Shown here piece after piece: positions 48,216 through 58,824 of a stretch of 64,000 bases of DNA (positions are counted from its first letter, which is position 1; each line of letters opens with the position of its first letter). The position numbers were made by a program, and so were the translations under genes. This DNA is from Candidatus Falkowbacteria bacterium (lineage in GTDB: Bacteria > Patescibacteriota > Patescibacteriia > CAIXNZ01), in contig CAVZGV010000006.1 of the NCBI GenBank assembly GCA_963774955.1, forward strand, positions 90,855-154,854, given 5' to 3'. A model generated the notes under the pieces. It saw nothing but the letters and a program-made list of their open reading frames with translations. It made no database searches and had not been told where the DNA came from.

Positions 48216-50112
48216 TTAACCACTGCTTTTAAAGTTAGTTTTTTCAGGTTTTAAATTTCCAAACCCCTGATCTTGTGCCAAGGCCCTGAAGGTCGGCGAA
48301 ATCGCTGCCAACTCATCAAAACTACTGGCAATCGCTGTCACATGACCGCAGGAATCTCCGTTGGAATCGATCATGATGAATTTGTCGCAGATTCTTCTGA
48401 CCGTGTTCAAACGGTGAGTGACAATCAGTGCGCCTCTGTCTTTGGTCAACACTTTTGCCAGACCAGTCCTGAACCAGCTTCTCGGTGGTGGAATCTAGCG
48501 AGCTGGTCGCCTCGTCAATGATCATGAACTTCGGCGCTTTCATGACTGCGCAACCAATGCCCAGACGCTGGGATTGACCGCCGGAAAGTTTAATGCCGTT
48601 ACGACCGACTTTGGTGTCCAGACCTTCAGTCAACCTTTCGCCAAAATCAATCTGCAGCATTTTCATGGTTTGCCAGACCTGATCATCACTGATCTGCAGT
48701 TTGGCTGCATCAGGCAGGCCATAAAGCATGTTGTAGCGGATAGTGCCGTCAAGAATCTGCGCCTGCTGAGGCACATAGCCGATTAAAGACAGCCAATTTT
48801 GCAGATCCAAATCGCACAGATTTTGGCCGTTGATCCGGATCATGCCCTGACTCGGATCCATATAGCGCAGCAATAAACGCATGATCGTGGTTTTGCCCAC
48901 GCCACTGGAACCGATGAGAGCGACTTTTTCACCAGGAGCGATCTTGAAGGAAATCCGGGAAATAACCGATTTGGTCTGTTCAGCTTCCTTGTGCGGATAG
49001 CTGTAACCGACCGCGTCAAATTCCACTTCAATTGGCTGATCTGGCTCAATCTTTTTAGTTTGGGACGCATACTCAAGTCCTACCGGCAACGTCAGAGCTT
49101 CTTTCATGGCCAGGATGGACGGGGTGACGAAATTAATCTGATGTTCCAGATGTCCGATCCGCCACAGGTTATCGACTATTTGCCGACTCCAGCCAAACAA
49201 GGGATAAAGCAGCCCCAGGGCCATATGTCCATGATAAACCTGATACGCTCCCCAGCTGATTAATCCTAGCAGTAAACCGTAATCGACAAAACCGCGCCAG
49301 ATTACCTGGTAAATAAACCAGAGCCAAAAAGTCCTGTCCGGAACAATCGCCTCCTGAAACTTGTCACAGATGGTCGAAACTTCCTCGTCTTCCTTGGCAA
49401 AATTTTTCACCTTTTCAACGTTATCCAATCTTTCAACCAGATAACGATGAAGGTCACGCCATTTTTTATCAATCGGCAGGCAGACCTGTAAAACTTTCCG
49501 GTTTAAAACCAGACTCCAGGTCAGATGAATGGCCAGCATAACCGTGACGATCAAACCGGCATAGGGACTTAGAAACCATAAGGCGCCAAAGGGTAAAAAC
49601 AGCATCAAGATTGCTTCCACGCCTTCAAACAGCATCATGGCTTCCAGCTGAAAAACTCTTTCCCGGCCCTTTTTGATATTGGCTTCATTAAGCTGGTTAT
49701 GCTCGTCAATATGAGTGCCCAATGATTTTTCGAAAAAAAGTTCGGCCGTGCGCTTATCCAGCTGGCCAATATTTTCCCCGAAAAGATACTCCCGGGCCCG
49801 CATGCTGATCAGCTGGATCAGTTGACTGACAATAACGGTGACTGCATAAAGGCAGATGCCCAAGATGACCAGATTAGCATTCATGGCCTTGGGGTTTAAA
49901 CCATTGAAAACGTAACTTAACGTCCAGGGACCGACAACCATGACGGCGCTGCCAATGGCTTTGACAATTGCCATTTTCTTGGCATACTTTTTCCCCGCAG
50001 GGTTGATCAATTCTTGCCAAACCCAGGTGAACATCGCCTTCATAGCGCGGACTTCTTTGAAATAGTCCCGCAAATTTGTGGCTGCCGCACGATCCAGTTC
50101 TACGTCTTTCAT
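48216..50112 (-). pseudogene. fused TMD-NBD ABC exporter (MsbA-like), frame-disrupted near 48455-48475
   Basis: Walker A GSSGVGKTT, signature LSGGQSQR and Walker B FMIIDEATSSLD in one frame. The D-loop/H-loop tail ALIVTHRLNTVRRICDKFIMIDSNG is in the +1 frame (ORF 48216..48452). RBS gggaggaaaaaATG at 50112. Confidence 0.7.
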
Positions 50113-50591
50113 TTTTTCCTCCCTTTGCCCGCCAAAGCCTTGTGCGAAGGCGGGCTTTTCAAGGTACAACCTAGTTTGCTTTAAATCAGGATAAACAAAG
50201 ACTCTCTTAGCCTGATTTGGCCGAGAGAGTCTTTAACAATATATTTAAACCTAATTTTAGCTTTAAAAATATTATCCGCACAAAAAACTCCTATGGCCAT
50301 ATTTAACCCAAGCCCCGCCAAAAACTGGTGTTACTGTATAAAAAGTTAAATTTTTATGACAATTAAACATAATATTATTGGATTTAAATCTTAAGAATTC
50401 ATTTCACTATAACATATTAACAAGAATATGTCAAGTAAGCGCTGAAAACTTATTACTTAATATAAGACGGCTAAACATTTTAAATATTACACTTCAAATC
50501 GTCCTTAGCCGTTGACAAAAATAAATTTTAGTGTTAAAATTGCATCAAGCTTTAAACATCAAATCGTAAGACACTTTCAAGGAGGACAAAA

Positions 50592-50906
50592 GTGGCCAGA
50601 AAGCAAGCAATAATCAGGGTGACCAAAAACAATTATCAGCAGGTGATCACCACTCTGCCTGAAAGCAGATTGGAACAGATTTTAAAAAATCTCTTGGTTG
50701 GGATCATCGGCAACTATCTGTACAATCTCAAACACCCGGATAACAGACTGATCCCGCCGATGTTGCCCTCCGGCCAAAGCCTCGAAAAACTCAATGAAGC
50801 TGTGGGCAGCCTGGTTCTCTCCGGAAAGAAAATGAAAATTGTCGATGCCTACGAACATATACCAGACCGAGAAATCATCAGGCTGACACTGGCAGCAAGC
50901 GAATAA
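50592..50906 (+). CDS. hypothetical small protein (GTG start, GC-elevated)
   Basis: aaggaggacaaaaGTG RBS; 104 aa. Terminator hairpin plus T8 at ~50925-50960. Confidence 0.4.
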   Translation: MARKQAIIRVTKNNYQQVITTLPESRLEQILKNLLVGIIGNYLYNLKHPDNRLIPPMLPSGQSLEKLNEAVGSLVLSGKKMKIVDAYEHIPDREIIRLTLAASE

Positions 50907-50998
50907 ATTCTATCATCAAGCAGTCCTGCTCAGCGGGACCGCTTTTTTTTATAACAAAAAAAGCCCGTCGTCACGAGCCATTTTTATACTAACTGATC

Positions 50999-51910
50999 TT
51001 ACACTTTTACATACCGTTTGACCGCAATATAACTGCTGATTAAATTTAAAATCATGGCCACCAGGAACTCCAACCCAAATATAAAAATAAAATTCTGATT
51101 GAAATAATTAACAATATTAAAATTATTTTCCAGAATAATCTGCAGATACGGCCGCATAAAGCCTAAAAGCGGATAAATAATTATAATCGTAATAATTATC
51201 GATAAAAAAGCAAAAATTATTCCCTGGAGTAAAAAAGGCACCTCTACAAACCAGTCCGTGGCGCCAACCAGCTTCATGGCAATTATTTCCTCGCGATGAG
51301 TGTAGATCGCCATTCTGATCGCGTTAAAAATAATCAGAATAGAAATTAAGGCAAAAATGATAGCGACTAAAATTACTCCCCGACTGACTTTTTGCGTAAT
51401 ACTGGTGATTCTCTCAATGACAATTTTATGATCATCAAAATCCTTGCTTTCAATCAGATTATTATACTGGGGTGTCTGTAAATTCTCCAATATTACCGGG
51501 TAATCCCCTGAATTCTTGGCTTTAATTAATAAACTGGCGCCTAAAGGATTTTTATTAATTTCTTCAAGCGACTGTAAAATCTTAGGATTATCCTGATGTT
51601 TTAATTTAAAAGCTTCCAACGCCTGGTCCTTGGATATGTAATTTACCTCCTTGACGGTTGACATTGATTGCAGATATTTTTGCACATCCTGCACCTGGTC
51701 TTCAGAGATATCAGCTTTAAAATAAACATTAATATCGACTCTATCTTCAATGGAGGTTATAGCTGTATTGGTAACTAAATTAAAGACGATCAAAAGATTC
51801 ACGGTAAAAAACGCCAAAACTAAAATAGTCAGCGTCACAATAGACAGCCAAAAATTACGGAAAAAATCCTGCCAGGCGAATTTAATTACTCTGAAGATTG
51901 AAGTGAACAT
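50999..51910 (-). CDS. ftsX: cell-division ABC permease FtsX
   Basis: 303 aa with a 1 TM / large loop / 3 TM topology, immediately downstream of ftsE. Confidence 0.75.
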   Translation of the reverse strand: MFTSIFRVIKFAWQDFFRNFWLSIVTLTILVLAFFTVNLLIVFNLVTNTAITSIEDRVDINVYFKADISEDQVQDVQKYLQSMSTVKEVNYISKDQALEAFKLKHQDNPKILQSLEEINKNPLGASLLIKAKNSGDYPVILENLQTPQYNNLIESKDFDDHKIVIERITSITQKVSRGVILVAIIFALISILIIFNAIRMAIYTHREEIIAMKLVGATDWFVEVPFLLQGIIFAFLSIIITIIIIYPLLGFMRPYLQIILENNFNIVNYFNQNFIFIFGLEFLVAMILNLISSYIAVKRYVKV

Positions 51911-52079
51911 ATGTCTGGAATTAAATCGATAACTATATTGAAAATTCTAAAAAAACAAAGCTCAAACTACAAGCCACAAATAAACCACAGACTTCAATTG
52001 CCAAATTACAAATTTTATTTTGAGTTTTAAAATTTGATATTTGAAATTTATTTGTTATTTGTCATTTGCTATTTGGAAT

Positions 52080-52769
52080 TTATAGAATGTACTTACCTTC
52101 TTCCTGATCACTGATTATTTCCCCCTGATCCATGAGAACCACTCTTTTCCTGATATTATTAACGACATCTTTATTATGAGTAACTAACAAAATAGTAGTC
52201 CCAAATTCATTGATCTTTAAAAGTAAGTCAATAATGTCATTGGTGTTTAAACTGTCCAAATTGCCGGTCGGCTCATCAGCCAGTAAAATTTTGGGGCGAT
52301 GAACCAAGGCGCGGGCAATTGCTGCCCTCTGTGTCTCACCTCCGGAAAGCTGATGGGGATAACGGTCAGTTTTGTCTTTTAAGCCCACAATTTTTAATAC
52401 TTGAGGCACAACATTTTTTATCCGCCGGCTGCTGACTCCGCAAACTTCCATAGCAAAAGCGACATTTTCATAAACGGTTTTTTTGGGCAACAATTTAAAA
52501 TCCTGATGAACTATGCCAAGCTGTCTTCTTAATAATGGGATTTCCCTTTGTTTAATATCGGTAATATCCCAACCGCCAATAATAACCCGACCGTTATCAG
52601 GTCGTTCCTGCACATTTAAGAGCTTAATCAGCGTGCTTTTACCGGCTCCGCTCTGTCCCACTACAGAAACAAACTCTTTGGGCGCAATATGCAAATTCAA
52701 ATCTTTAACCGCGGTTGTTTTTGGAAAAAATATTTTATTGACTTTTTTAAAATGAATCATAGAGCTCAA
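52080..52769 (-). CDS. ftsE: cell-division ATP-binding protein FtsE
   Basis: Walker A GQSGAGKST, signature LSGGETQR and Walker B ILLADEPTGNLD; 229 aa. Confidence 0.9.
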   Translation of the reverse strand: MSSMIHFKKVNKIFFPKTTAVKDLNLHIAPKEFVSVVGQSGAGKSTLIKLLNVQERPDNGRVIIGGWDITDIKQREIPLLRRQLGIVHQDFKLLPKKTVYENVAFAMEVCGVSSRRIKNVVPQVLKIVGLKDKTDRYPHQLSGGETQRAAIARALVHRPKILLADEPTGNLDSLNTNDIIDLLLKINEFGTTILLVTHNKDVVNNIRKRVVLMDQGEIISDQEEGKYIL

Positions 52770-52817
52770 CCACTAAATTTAATCACAAAACTACACAAAA
52801 AAATAATGAAAAATTTG

Positions 52818-53336
52818 TTATTGGATGGCGGCTTTGACCGGTTCTACCAATTCAACCTTAACCTTGCATAAGCCGGCTGATTTACTGGCTATTTGCTTAA
52901 AAGCGACCACGTCCAAATCAATCACCCGATCCGGCACAACACTGCGGTCAGGCCCCCAGTCATTTACCTTCACCACCACTATCTTACCATTATCAAGATT
53001 AGTTACCTTTAATTTTGTGCCTTTAGGATAATCAGGTGAAGCGGCGCAATTACAACCCTTGTACTTATACCAAGAAGCAACTCCTTCGGTCATAATGCTG
53101 ATCTCTTTCAAAAGGGCGAGCTTGGCAAAAGACAAAGGAAATTGAGAAATAACCTTGCTGGCTCCGTCACTGATTATTGAAGGTAAGCCTTTCCATTCAG
53201 CCTTATTATCATCATAAAAGTAAAGATTTTTACGGAAATAATCCGTATCGTCATATTTAATGGAAAACCAAAAATTTTTCTCAAACTTTACGCCCGGCTC
53301 TGTTTTGATGGCATATTCATAAATCTTACTGGCCAT
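52818..53336 (-). CDS. RlpA-like double-psi beta-barrel (DPBB) protein
   Basis: ASWYKYKGCNCAASPDYPKGTKLKVTNLDNGKIVVVKVNDWGP matches the RlpA/3D/expansin-like DPBB core. Confidence 0.65.
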   Translation of the reverse strand: MASKIYEYAIKTEPGVKFEKNFWFSIKYDDTDYFRKNLYFYDDNKAEWKGLPSIISDGASKVISQFPLSFAKLALLKEISIMTEGVASWYKYKGCNCAASPDYPKGTKLKVTNLDNGKIVVVKVNDWGPDRSVVPDRVIDLDVVAFKQIASKSAGLCKVKVELVEPVKAAIQ

Positions 53337-53811
53337 CTGAACACCCGAGCTTAGGCTGCATGGTACTGGCCGGTGCCAGCATAAATTCTTTTAAGACTAA
53401 AGTTGCATCGGCCTTTAAAGTTTCTTTATCAATCTGAAATACAAATTTACTGTCAAAAACTTTAAATTTCTTACCAGCCCAAACCTCAGCCTTTTTCAAA
53501 TCAAAAGTCTGAGTGTTTAATAAAATTAAAGGTTCACCCGGCTCAATCACGGATGGTGTAACGCTAGTTAATTCCGGATTAACCGGAATTTGTGAATCAG
53601 TAATCACAGTCGCATCACTAGTTGTGGCCGGCTGGCTGACTGCTGCGGTTGGTACGGCAAATTCAATATTGCTTAAATCAGGCTGTCTGACCACTTCCTG
53701 ACTAAAAACAATATCCGCAGCCAAAACAGAATTGACGTTTAAGCCCAAAATTGCTAAACTAACTAAGAATAAAGTTGTAACCTTAATTTTTTTCATCATT
53801 ATAAAATTCAA
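53326..53811 (-). CDS. secreted hypothetical protein
   Basis: Signal peptide (MKKIKVTTLFLVSLAILGLNVNSVLA) and 161 aa. Confidence 0.4.
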   Translation of the reverse strand: MNFIMMKKIKVTTLFLVSLAILGLNVNSVLAADIVFSQEVVRQPDLSNIEFAVPTAAVSQPATTSDATVITDSQIPVNPELTSVTPSVIEPGEPLILLNTQTFDLKKAEVWAGKKFKVFDSKFVFQIDKETLKADATLVLKEFMLAPASTMQPKLGCSDGQ

Positions 53812-53923
53812 TTAATTAAAGTGCTTGCCCAGTTAAAAGTTTGTGTAATCTATAGATTAACAGGATAAAGAGAATTTAAGAATCCAACCATTTTACATAA
53901 TTTTTACATAGACTTTTAACTGG

Positions 53924-53994
53924 GCGGGATTAGTATAGTGGTAGTACGCGACCTTCCCAAGGTCATAGCGCCGGTTCGATTCCGGTATCCCGCT
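53924..53994 (+). tRNA. tRNA-Gly (anticodon CCC)
   Basis: gcgggat ta gtat agtggta gtac g cgacc TTCCCAA ggtca tag gccgg ttcgatt ccggt atcccgc t. Discriminator is U. Confidence 0.7.
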
Positions 53995-53999
53995 TAGAT

Positions 54000-54072
54000 G
54001 CCCCTTTAGCTCAGTTGGTAGAGCGACGGTATCGTAAACCGTAGGTCGCCGGTCCAATCCCGGCAGGGGGCT
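54000..54072 (+). tRNA. tRNA-Thr (anticodon CGU)
   Basis: gcccctt ta gctc agttggta gagc g acggt ATCGTAA accgt aggtc gccgg tccaatc ccggc agggggc t. Confidence 0.75.
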
Positions 54073-54076
54073 AAAT

Positions 54077-54128
54077 CTTTAGGGGTTTCCCGCGCAGCGG
54101 GACTTCGCTCCGCGGAGCGATCCCCCTT
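54077..54128. terminator. nested GC tri-loop hairpin structure after the tRNA pair
   Basis: AGGGGtttCCCGCgcaGCGGGacttCGCTCCgcgGAGCGatCCCCT. Confidence 0.55.
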
Positions 54129-54137
54129 CTCGGCTAA

Positions 54138-55103
54138 TTAGTCGGAAAGAGCGTAAATTTTTATTTGCGCTTTTTCTTTAACTTCTTTAACCACCTCATC
54201 AACATTTTTTATCTTAGCTGATATCGCACTCAAAGTTAAGACTCCCTTATCTTCATCCTTTTTATCCAATCGAAGGATCTGTAACGTATTTTTGATGTTT
54301 AAAATACCGGTATATTCGCCTTCTTTTAGACTAAAAAGATTATCTTCGATGTCTTTGGGCAATTCACCACGTAAAAAATTACCAATAAGGCCGCCTTGGT
54401 CTGCAGTTTCTCCCTCACTATATTGTTTAGCTGTGGCTTCAAAACTTTTACCGTTTTGCAAATCATTAAGCGCGTCCTGAATCTTTATATTAGCCGGTCC
54501 ATTGATAGCTTGATCAGCTTGGATCGCCTGATCAGTTTTGCTATACCATAAATTCGGCTCTATAAATTCATATTCGTAGGTTTTAATATCTATGCCGTAA
54601 AAATCTTCTAGAAATTTCTCGGTTTCTTCCCGACTACCCTTATTTTTGATTATTTCCTCCATCTTATCGCTAATTTCCTGTTTAGTCACATTTAAATTAT
54701 ATTTTTTTGCCAAATTTATAATAATTTTATCATCAATCAAGCGGTTAATCACTTTTGTTTTAACATCTTCATCTGAAGGTAAACCTTTAATCCCGTTTTT
54801 TGCCTGGGACTCGTAATATTTCCGGCTGATATTCAAAGTATTAATATAATCTTTATATAAAACAGTCTGACCATCAACTTTGGCAGCCGCAAGCGGCAAA
54901 ACCTGGGCGATTTTCAGCATAAAATCATTACGCCAATCTAAAACATAATACCCCCAGTAAATAACCCCGACGAACACAGCCACCAGCAATAAGACACTGA
55001 TTAAACTGCCAATAATTAAAGCTTTAATATTTACCGAAGTTTTTATTTTTTTTGCCCGTTTAAATATTTCCATATATATTAGTTGAAGAAATAAGCCCAC
55101 CAT
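54138..55103 (-). CDS. membrane-anchored parvulin-type peptidyl-prolyl isomerase (PrsA/SurA-like foldase)
   Basis: N-terminal TM and a C-terminal parvulin domain (KSFEATAKQYSEGETADQGGLIGNFLRGELPKDIEDNLFSLKEGEYTGIL). Confidence 0.6.
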   Translation of the reverse strand: MVGLFLQLIYMEIFKRAKKIKTSVNIKALIIGSLISVLLLVAVFVGVIYWGYYVLDWRNDFMLKIAQVLPLAAAKVDGQTVLYKDYINTLNISRKYYESQAKNGIKGLPSDEDVKTKVINRLIDDKIIINLAKKYNLNVTKQEISDKMEEIIKNKGSREETEKFLEDFYGIDIKTYEYEFIEPNLWYSKTDQAIQADQAINGPANIKIQDALNDLQNGKSFEATAKQYSEGETADQGGLIGNFLRGELPKDIEDNLFSLKEGEYTGILNIKNTLQILRLDKKDEDKGVLTLSAISAKIKNVDEVVKEVKEKAQIKIYALSD

Positions 55104-55465
55104 TTAGCCGGGTTAGATAAAACCTGCACGTCTTTTTGCGTGTCGGTTTGGGTTGGCAGCGCCTGATCCGGAATCACCACTAAATTTTCGCCCTCCTTTT
55201 TTAAACCTAATTTCAGCTTGGCTTCTTGTTCGATAAAAATATCGGAATTTAGGTATTTTACCAATTGACCGAAATCCTGATTTTGTTTTTCCAAGCGGGC
55301 AATTTCAGTCTGCAAGCCTGCAACTTCGGAATTAACCTTATAATTCTTAACAGTACCGTTTACCACGCCTACCAGAATAATAATTAAAATGAATAAACAA
55401 AAAACCAGAAAGAATTTGGAAAAAATTAAATCCGGAAAGATATTTTTCTTTCGTCGTTCAAACAT
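55079..55465 (-). CDS. FtsB/DivIC-like septum formation initiator
   Basis: 128 aa with a single TM followed by a coiled coil (VAGLQTEIARLEKQNQDF). Confidence 0.4.
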   Translation of the reverse strand: MFERRKKNIFPDLIFSKFFLVFCLFILIIILVGVVNGTVKNYKVNSEVAGLQTEIARLEKQNQDFGQLVKYLNSDIFIEQEAKLKLGLKKEGENLVVIPDQALPTQTDTQKDVQVLSNPAKWWAYFFN

Positions 55466-55494
55466 ATGTTATATTATACCACAATTTTAGCAAA

Positions 55495-56280
55495 TTATAT
55501 ACTCTTTTTACGAAAACTTTCCTCCACATTATCTTCAGCCTTCTTTACCCCCAAAGAAGTAGCTTTTGGCTTGCCTTCCTCATCATTGCCTTCTTTTTCC
55601 TCCAGCTCATCTACGATCAGCTTTTTAAGGCTTAATTCACCGAAAGTCTCTTTGTACTCGGCAATTAATTCATCTAAATTATAATCTTCGTATTCTGCCA
55701 ATTCATCCTGATTAACAAAGTCATCTATTAATTTCTCCTTAATTTGCGGGCTTAAATCGGTCACCTTTTTAATTTCAATATTATGACCGGTTTGCTCTTT
55801 GATTAAATCTGCTAACAGCTGATTGACTTTGCCTGGCTGCTGAATATTGCGCAAAACCAAGGTTGCACCCGCAGCCTGAACTTTGATTGTGCCAATATGA
55901 AAAATGGTCTGCCAAACACCATGAACTGAATAGGATATGTCCAGAAATTTTTCAAAACTGATATCAGAAACGGTTTTATGAAAAAAGCCGATTTGATCAA
56001 TATCAACCAAACGCTGATTGGTTATAATCACAGAATTGGCATACCAGATAAAAAACTCCCGTCCCCCGTAAAATAGTCCGGTAATAATTATGGCGCAAAA
56101 CAAGGCAACGCCAAGCTCACCCAGGCTGAATAAATAAAACATCATAAAAAAAGAACCCAAAATCAAAACCGTAGTTATAGCTATCTGTTTGGCATAGGTT
56201 ATCGGGTGATGATGCAAGACTCCGATTATTTCCTCACCTGCATGCAAATTTATTTTCTTGGCAAAATATTGGTCAGACAT
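55495..56280 (-). CDS. membrane protein with a bacterial PH domain (YdbS/YdbT-like)
   Basis: Two TM helices flanking a bPH-like segment (GEEIIGVLHHHPITYAKQIA ... VIITNQRLVDID). Confidence 0.5.
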   Translation of the reverse strand: MSDQYFAKKINLHAGEEIIGVLHHHPITYAKQIAITTVLILGSFFMMFYLFSLGELGVALFCAIIITGLFYGGREFFIWYANSVIITNQRLVDIDQIGFFHKTVSDISFEKFLDISYSVHGVWQTIFHIGTIKVQAAGATLVLRNIQQPGKVNQLLADLIKEQTGHNIEIKKVTDLSPQIKEKLIDDFVNQDELAEYEDYNLDELIAEYKETFGELSLKKLIVDELEEKEGNDEEGKPKATSLGVKKAEDNVEESFRKKSI

Positions 56281-56310
56281 AGAAATATTTAAATTAAAAA
56301 GTAAAAGCCG

Positions 56311-56340
56311 CGGAGCGGCTTCCCGCTACGCGGGAAAATT
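56311..56340. terminator. paired GC tri-loop hairpins
   Basis: aaGCCGCggaGCGGCtTCCCGCtacGCGGGAaaa. Confidence 0.55.
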
Positions 56341-57486
56341 AAAAGTTTGAGAATTTACTAGCGCGGCTTGTAATAAATTATCAAAATCCCAGTTTTTTTC
56401 AGTATCCTTAATTAAATTCAAATCAGCGCGGGTGACCGGATGTTTGGGCACGTAAAGCGAACAGCAGTCGGCAAAAGGCTGGGCTGAAAGTTTAAAAGTT
56501 CGAATCTGTTCCGCAATATTAACTATCTCTTCCTTATTAAAGCCGATTAAAGGCCTTAAAATCGGCAAATCAATAACTTGGGAAATTGCCCGGATATTGG
56601 CCACTGTCTGAGAAGCTACTTGCCCCAAGCTCTCCCCCGTGACCAGAGCTGAAATATTTTCTTTTTGGGCAATCAAGGCGGCAATTCTTAACATCATCCG
56701 GCGGTAAAAAATTACGCGATAATCCTCAGGTACTTTTTTAATTACTTCCTGCTGAATTGGCAAGAAAGGAACCAGATATAATTTTGAACCATTTTGGTAT
56801 TCAGACAAAACTTTAACCAGATCCTTGACCTTTTCCTGATTGGCTTTCGGCGTAGCCGGATAAGCGTCAAAATTCACAAAGACAATTTCGGCTCCCCGCT
56901 TTTGCATCAGATTGGCCGCCACCGGGGAATCAATACCGCCGGAAATCAAACACAGTAATTTATCAGAAACTCCCACTGGCAAACCGCCGCGGCATTTAAT
57001 TTTTTCAAAATATATAAATGCATGACTGGCCACCAAATCAATCCGGCAATTAATATCGGGAGTATGCAGGTCAACTTTCTTTTTTAGTTTAGTCATCACC
57101 AGCTCACCCAATTGTTCGCTGATCTGCTGGGAAGTCAGAGCAAAATTTTTATTGGCTCGTCTGGTCGTTATCCGAAATGACTTAAACTTTTCTTTTTTAA
57201 GCAAAGCTAAAAGATCCTGACCGATCTTTTTAATGTCTGGCTCAGAATTCCAGACCAAAGCAAAATATTCAATGCCAAAAACCTTAAGTAATTGCTCTTT
57301 CACTTTAGCCAAATCCCAACCGTCTCCAATATCAATTATAATCCGGCCCTGAATATGTTTCAGCTTCAGCTGACCAAAATCAGCCAGAGACTTTTGAATA
57401 TTGTGAATCAATTTATTCTCAAAAAACTGCCTGTTACCCCCTTTCAAAGCAATTTCCCCATAATGTATCAATATATACCTATCCAT
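56326..57486 (-). CDS. thiI: tRNA 4-thiouridine synthase ThiI (THUMP + PP-loop)
   Basis: N-terminal ferredoxin-like/THUMP and PP-loop LCLISGGIDSPVAA; 386 aa. Confidence 0.8.
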   Translation of the reverse strand: MDRYILIHYGEIALKGGNRQFFENKLIHNIQKSLADFGQLKLKHIQGRIIIDIGDGWDLAKVKEQLLKVFGIEYFALVWNSEPDIKKIGQDLLALLKKEKFKSFRITTRRANKNFALTSQQISEQLGELVMTKLKKKVDLHTPDINCRIDLVASHAFIYFEKIKCRGGLPVGVSDKLLCLISGGIDSPVAANLMQKRGAEIVFVNFDAYPATPKANQEKVKDLVKVLSEYQNGSKLYLVPFLPIQQEVIKKVPEDYRVIFYRRMMLRIAALIAQKENISALVTGESLGQVASQTVANIRAISQVIDLPILRPLIGFNKEEIVNIAEQIRTFKLSAQPFADCCSLYVPKHPVTRADLNLIKDTEKNWDFDNLLQAALVNSQTFNFPA

Positions 57487-57570
57487 AAAGTTTAAACTAA
57501 AACCTAATATCTAAGATCTAAAATCTATTTATATTTTAACAAATTTTTGAAATTCAGACAAACTTCTATC

Positions 57571-57599
57571 TTGACATATTTATTATTTTAAGCTATACT
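57571..57599 (+). promoter_or_regulatory. consensus-like promoter of the small-protein operon
   Basis: TTGACAtatttattattttaagcTATACT, then an aggaggag RBS. Confidence 0.55.
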
Positions 57600-57639
57600 A
57601 AAATATCGCTCAAATTTGTAATTATAGGAGGAGAAAGCA

Positions 57640-57915
57640 ATGGATTTTTGGGTTGCGCATCCCGGTTTTGGGGGAATCATTTTCCTGGTGTGTATCGCGT
57701 GTTTTCCGCGCCTTACCACGCTCTTCGCCGTGGCCACGCCATTCGGCTGTCTGGCCTGGATCGGCTGGGTCTTTGCCCCGCATCTGCTGGTCGCCATCCT
57801 GGCCACCTACATGTACTGGCACACCAATCCGGTCCTCTGCGTCATCGCCTGGTTCTTCGCCTTAGCCGGCACCGGAGCTGAGGCATCGACAGCATCAAAA
57901 AAATCAGGGGGTTAA
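57640..57915 (+). CDS. small membrane protein (very GC-rich)
   Basis: 91 aa with 2-3 TM helices. Clearly GC-rich in an AT-rich genome; terminator hairpin plus T7 follows (cgagccg...cggctcgttttttt). Confidence 0.5.
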   Translation: MDFWVAHPGFGGIIFLVCIACFPRLTTLFAVATPFGCLAWIGWVFAPHLLVAILATYMYWHTNPVLCVIAWFFALAGTGAEASTASKKSGG

Positions 57916-58051
57916 AAACCCAAAGACACATCGAGCCGCGGCACCTGCCACGGCTCGTTTTTTTACCTAACTATTTTACTTTCGCCAACTCTTGACTTAA
58001 TCACAAAATCGTGTTAATTTATTTGATAAGCATAGCCCAAGGAGGAAGAAA

Positions 58052-58297
58052 ATGGAATATGTTACTTTGGAAATTATCAGCCAAGTAGGCATAAGCGTCT
58101 TTGGCGTTTTGGCCATCATTCTTGTTTCGCGCAAGAATAAGTGGGGTTTTGTTTTCGGCCTGGCTTCACAGCCCTTTTGGTACATAACAGCCTATTTACA
58201 CAGCCAATGGGGCATCATGTTTTTGAATGTTATTTACACAGGCAGCTGGCTTTACGGATTTTACCAGTGGTTCTACAAAAAGGAGGAAAAGCCATGA
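58052..58297 (+). CDS. small membrane protein
   Basis: 81 aa with two TM helices. Own TTGACT promoter at ~58004 and an aaggagg RBS. Confidence 0.5.
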   Translation: MEYVTLEIISQVGISVFGVLAIILVSRKNKWGFVFGLASQPFWYITAYLHSQWGIMFLNVIYTGSWLYGFYQWFYKKEEKP

Positions 58298-58578
58298 GCC
58301 GATCAGACATCAGAAATATATTCGAAGAGCTGGAAAAGACGCACCCAAAGGATGACTTAAAACTCAAGGTTTTTGACTGTTTTCTCGGTCACCCGACAGA
58401 AATCAGACGTATCGGTTTTATGCCGCAATTGATGAACCTTAAACGGCCAGACCATCTGGAAATTTTCATGGCCGCGGTTCAGGAAAAATTCCGTTGGCTA
58501 AAAGAAGAACTGTCCTGGGATAAGATCCCGGCAGCCGAAGCATATTTCACTGAAGCCTGCTCTTTATTGCAGTCGTGA
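58294..58578 (+). CDS. hypothetical small protein
   Basis: aaggaggaaaagccATG; overlaps the upstream stop (ATGA). 94 aa. Confidence 0.45.
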   Translation: MSRSDIRNIFEELEKTHPKDDLKLKVFDCFLGHPTEIRRIGFMPQLMNLKRPDHLEIFMAAVQEKFRWLKEELSWDKIPAAEAYFTEACSLLQS

Positions 58579-58592
58579 TCAAGGAGGCTACC

Positions 58593-58805
58593 ATGTATTG
58601 TCCTTTTTGCCGGAGTAACAAGCACACCATAAAGAACTGTCCCCAAACATGTTCGGGTAATCTTAACAGAAGCAAAATGTCCTGTAAATTCTGCGGCAGC
58701 AGAAACCATAATATAGAAGCCTGTCCGCAAACATTTTCTGGGAACGCAGCGCGGGCGTGGCATCCGGAAACCGTTGCTGATCATTTTGTCAAAGATAAAG
58801 ATTAA
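58593..58805 (+). CDS. small protein with two CCHC zinc knuckles
   Basis: caaggaggctaccATG. CPFCRSNKHTIKNC and CKFCGSRNHNIEAC both fit C-x2-C-x4-H-x4-C, each followed by PQT(C/F)SGN. Confidence 0.5.
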   Translation: MYCPFCRSNKHTIKNCPQTCSGNLNRSKMSCKFCGSRNHNIEACPQTFSGNAARAWHPETVADHFVKDKD

Positions 58806-58824
58806 AAAACAGAGGAGGTAATTC

